The translations under genes and the position numbers were made by a program. The notes below the pieces were generated by a model. It worked only from the letters and a program-made list of their open reading frames with translations, made no database searches and was not told where the DNA came from. A DNA stretch of 64,000 nt, taken from the NCBI GenBank assembly GCA_052426225.1, contig JBNJNM010000011.1, positions 868,001-932,000 on the forward strand. Reading direction: 5' to 3'. Below, piece by piece: positions 59,996-64,000 of the stretch. This DNA comes from Zancudomyces culisetae HAW-14-8 (Eukaryota > Fungi > Kickxellomycota). Each line of letters begins with the position of its first letter. The first letter of the stretch is position 1.

Positions 59996-60332
59996 TCATA
60001 ATCATTTTCTCTTTTCGACTTTGCATTTACACCAGTTTTATTTTACTTTTTTTTAAACTTTTTGGGGTTGCCTTATCATTAGTATATCACTCAATTCCAA
60101 TAAAATAGTTGCACAAAGAGTTTTTTTATTTTTGTAGATAACACTAAAAGTGAGAGGTTCTGTACTGATTCAACAGAAAACCCTAGTAGTGGTTTAGTCA
60201 TAAGAAAAAAAAGAAAAGAAAAGTAAAGTTAAATATAACAAGCCCTAAATAAAAGCAACACAGAATGATATATGATATGAACCAGAAATAAAAATCAAAA
60301 AGTCACCAAGATGTGGATAGTCCTTTATTCGA

Positions 60333-62168
60333 TTATTTCTGAGAACCTTGTGTGGGTTTGGCTCTGGATTTAAGACCTGTGTCCTTTTCACCCTCAACTG
60401 AGGTAGATACACCCTTGCTCTGTTTTGCAGCATCGCTAACTCCTTTTGAAGATGCGGTCTTTTTGGCTGCCTTTTTTTCCTTCTTTCCGCCAGAAAGAAC
60501 GAGGAAGATAGCAGTGAAGGTAAGCAGAGCTGCTCCTCCAAATACCCCTGTAACCAATGGGAACGCGGTAAGTGCCTCGACGTATTTACCTTCATTGACA
60601 TACATTTTGATACCTTCAAGACCTGTCATAAATTCAATCAAAAGCTTTAGTACTTTTTCGCTAAACCCGTGTTTTAGTGGTTCGTTTTTGCGAGTCTTTT
60701 CGCTTGCTTTGTTTTCGAAAGATTGTATCTCAACTTCTTTATCAAATTTCTTTCTCCAAACTTCCTTCGCAATTTTATCTGCTTCTGAAACTGAATTACC
60801 CAAATAGATATTGTCAAATGAGATTCCATCTTGGAGGGTCCATAACTCAAAACCAAGGCCAATGATGCTAGCAAACTCAGATGGATTACTTATTTCGTAG
60901 TAGTCTGGGTTAGCTATTTTACGTGGTGCCCATATTCCCTTGTAGTTCGGGTTTTCTATCATTGGTGCTACCCATTTACCCTTATAGTTTGGATTTTCAA
61001 CAAGTGGTTTTTTCCAGGGCCCGCAACCACTGACTCCGGAGCATTTAGGGTTTTCAATTGTTGGTGGCTCCCAATCGCCATCCATATCATCATTCCAATC
61101 CTCTGGTTTTTTAGCTGTAGGGTCTTCAACCAGTAGGGGCTCATCAACCAACCAATCCTCTGGCATAACGGCCTTTTCATCTTCAATCATCTTTGGTGCA
61201 TCCTCATCCCAGTCCTCTGGCTTCTTAGCATCCTTATCTACTATTTTCTCGTTTTCATCCCAATCCTCTGGTTTTTTATCATTTGCATCCTCAATCTCCT
61301 TTGGTGGGTTGACTGGTGGGTTGAACTTTTCAAACAACGATCCTTTAGCCTTGACACTGTTGTCAATGAGCACCTCAAACGTATTATCAGGATGAACAAT
61401 AAGTGTGTACAAGTGTGTGAGGTTATCGATATATGGCATTGGTGCATCAATCATATGCTTCTCTTCGTATTTCTTGGTCAGCGGGTTTAGCTGGTTGAAG
61501 ATAAAATGAACTTTGGAATCTCCACATTTGTCTGGTCCAAACATGATTGTGTATGGTGTATCATTGCTGAAATCTTCCAGTTTCTTGAGAGAACCCTTTC
61601 CTTCTTCTCTAGACTTTTCCTCAACGCTAGAGTCTTTGTTTGGTCCTCTGAGAAGCTTTATGTATGCTCCGCCACACTCCAGATTATTCTGAAGCTTCAG
61701 TTCATATTGCAAAACAAGAGGATCCTTTCCGTTCGACTCCAACGGTTTATCCAAGAATGTGGAAATAGCATGATGCTTAAACGCATCTTTGACAACGAGA
61801 TGCAAATCTCCATTTACAGCCTTAAGTACTGTCGGTTCTTCAAAGCCCCATCTACCCTCATACTTGAGCTTTGATTCTTTTAGCTCACCCTGGCCCTCCT
61901 CATCCTTTTCGTCACTCTTGACTTTTGATGGAACCCATCTGCCTTTTGTTTCCTCTGTAAATTGTTCCCAAAACACATAGCTGCTGGGCTTGTATTCCTC
62001 AAACTCAATTGGAGATGGACCCTTTTCCACAGATTCTTGTGCGTTTTGCTCTTTGTCACCAAACACATCTCCGGTGTCATCTTTTAATGGCTTTTGCTTT
62101 TCTTCTGCAGCAAGGCTTGTTAAGCAAAAAGCGGCCGAAATAAACAGTAATCCTATACTGACCTTCAT
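60333..62168 (-). CDS. CNX1: calnexin
   Basis: Signal peptide, [20 protein letters not shown]-domain KPEDWD and GxWxxPxIxNPxY repeats, single C-terminal TM helix with a basic tail. Confidence 0.96.
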   Translation of the reverse strand: MKVSIGLLFISAAFCLTSLAAEEKQKPLKDDTGDVFGDKEQNAQESVEKGPSPIEFEEYKPSSYVFWEQFTEETKGRWVPSKVKSDEKDEEGQGELKESKLKYEGRWGFEEPTVLKAVNGDLHLVVKDAFKHHAISTFLDKPLESNGKDPLVLQYELKLQNNLECGGAYIKLLRGPNKDSSVEEKSREEGKGSLKKLEDFSNDTPYTIMFGPDKCGDSKVHFIFNQLNPLTKKYEEKHMIDAPMPYIDNLTHLYTLIVHPDNTFEVLIDNSVKAKGSLFEKFNPPVNPPKEIEDANDKKPEDWDENEKIVDKDAKKPEDWDEDAPKMIEDEKAVMPEDWLVDEPLLVEDPTAKKPEDWNDDMDGDWEPPTIENPKCSGVSGCGPWKKPLVENPNYKGKWVAPMIENPNYKGIWAPRKIANPDYYEISNPSEFASIIGLGFELWTLQDGISFDNIYLGNSVSEADKIAKEVWRKKFDKEVEIQSFENKASEKTRKNEPLKHGFSEKVLKLLIEFMTGLEGIKMYVNEGKYVEALTAFPLVTGVFGGAALLTFTAIFLVLSGGKKEKKAAKKTASSKGVSDAAKQSKGVSTSVEGEKDTGLKSRAKPTQGSQK

Positions 62169-64000
62169 GTTTCCAACTACTTGAATCTATTTATTGTACC
62201 TGTTTCCTCCTTTTTAGAATAACAGAAATAGAAAACAGCGAATTTTTATTTCAAGTTGCACTTTCTTTTTTATTCTGATTATTTATTTCTTTTGAAACGC
62301 TATTAAAATTACACGTTGAATTTTCTGGAGTTGGAAAAATGGGAAAAAAAAAGAACCAGAGTAGAATGAAAAATGTGCTTTTGCTGCTATTTGTGAACAT
62401 AGATTGAATCTACAACCATCAATTTTTTTTGTTTAACACCTTTTTTTGTTCATGTACTAGTAATTTAACTCCATTTTTAGAAACTATTTGCATAAAAAAA
62501 TGCATCTATAATCAAATACAAAAAAATCCTTGAGCATTAATGATTAAACCCGCAAATGAAAAATGGTAACATCCACAGCAAAAACACCATTCTTAAAGTG
62601 CTACATTACAGTTTACATATGGCCGAAATAGGCTGCACTAGATACAAAAAAAAAATTTGGAGCCAGATTTTACAGGCAGAACAACGCTTTGCTTAAAATA
62701 AGATCCTGAGACCAAAAAAAAGAGTAAAAAATAAAACCACAAACCGAGGACTAGTAGACCTGAAACAACACATGATGGTTGCAGTAAATAGAACGCGCAT
62801 CACTTTCCTCTGCTGAATCATACCTCGCAAGCAACGCTTTTTTGTACTGATTTCTCCAAGAAATATCCCACTATTTAAAATTCTCAACTAATATATATAG
62901 CTCGCATTCACGAGTAATAGCTGTTTAGTGGGTATACGTACCTCTGTGCTGCATTGTTTTTTTTTTGGAAAAACCACTTGTACCTTCACTTGACGTCTCT
63001 AGGGGTAGTGGTATAAAAAGCATTTTTTCTGGAGCTTCCAAAACATCACTACACTTGATTTCCAACATACCTTGATATAAATGAGTATTTATTATGTATG
63101 TTTATACATATTTACGTTAGTCACTTAGATACCGAAATCCAACGCAAAAGTATCGGGTTGATTGTTTCGTCTTGAATAAACACAAGGGACTACTGGGGCA
63201 TTAGATTCTGGTACAACATGTGTTTATCTAACTTCGGGTCCACCCAGCCAGCCGTCAGGAATCTAACTCATATTGGCGGAACAGCTTTACTAACTCTAGA
63301 TTATACGTGTATCCCTCGTCGTGGGTCTATTTACTACTCAGCATTTACTCCTCTCATCATCTTTTCTTTTATTTTCATCTCATTCTCTTTTGCTTCCTTT
63401 TTCTCTTCTCTACCCTTCTCTTCTCTGCCCTTTTCTGTCCTCTTTACAAAGTATGAGTAGTTATGTCCCTAAATGATCAATTTTCTAATTGTACACATCT
63501 CTGGCCCGGCACCACATCTTGATGTGCTGGAGTTAGCATTTGAGCTAGAATATCAATGCCACAACCATATCAATTAGTATGACTATTTTGAAGATTTTCA
63601 TAATAATACGTTAGCTTTTCTAAACAACACATACAGTACCATTTACTATTAGAAAGGCACAAAATACAAAAATACATTTACACCTCCCATCTAGAAGAAC
63701 AATAGGGATCTATAAATTCACAGTAAAACATATATGGTAATATGTTTCATAATTTTTTCCTTAAAGTTGGTATTCTCATTACTGAAGAGTTGAAGCAACA
63801 TGTAGAATGCCCTGACTATGGTAAAGGAAACAGTTTAAAACTCCACCATTCATTAGATATATCAATCTTGGGAAAGTGATCTGATAGTTGCGGTTACCGT
63901 TCACTCTAACAATACATTTTCTTGAACTTTTCACACACGCTGAACGTGAATACCATGACCACTCTTTTTTCTACGTTTACTGCTTGAGATTCAACAAAAC

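Noticed and set aside
62771-62823. ATGA-N10/11-AAA hairpin on both strands resembling a SECIS element or C/D snoRNA
   Set aside because: Helix II pairs only ~4 bp, the 3' GA of the kink-turn core is missing or misplaced, and box C is imperfect.
63048-63059. 12-nt complement (ACTACACTTGAT) of the U2 snRNA branch-point recognition region
   Set aside because: Flanks do not match U2 and no C/D or H/ACA boxes frame it; plausible by chance.

Overview
Eukaryotic, AT-rich, gene-dense genomic DNA from a fungus, with short GT-AG introns and CTAAC-type branch points. The gene set includes an INTS2-like Integrator subunit, RRM-AlkB-type ALKBH8, BORCS5, WDR70 and SVIP, which points to an early-diverging (non-Dikarya, zygomycete-grade) lineage; this placement is inference. 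About 21 protein-coding genes, in order: a P-type II cation ATPase running off the left edge (missing from the ORF track), SVIP-like, RAD50, an FHA-forkhead factor, PRP31, INTS2-like, RPA49, ARP4, ARMT1/DUF89, an ARA2-like aldo-keto reductase, eRF1, DOHH, MET30/SconB, ALKBH8-like, a hidden 4-exon hypothetical gene, MRPL33, WDR70, BORCS5-like, an RS/RD-repeat protein, SET9 and calnexin. No rRNA, credible tRNA, transposon or CRISPR array was found. The most notable points are: a fungal Integrator subunit with a prion-like tail; a Set9 H4K20 methyltransferase fused to putative methyl-lysine reader domains; a stand-alone ALKBH8 dioxygenase whose CDS overlaps MET30 tail to tail; very tight convergent gene packing; a recurrent A-tract/T-tract promoter palindrome; and a G-rich to C-rich strand-skew gradient along genes. 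All family calls come from motif recognition by eye, not database searches.
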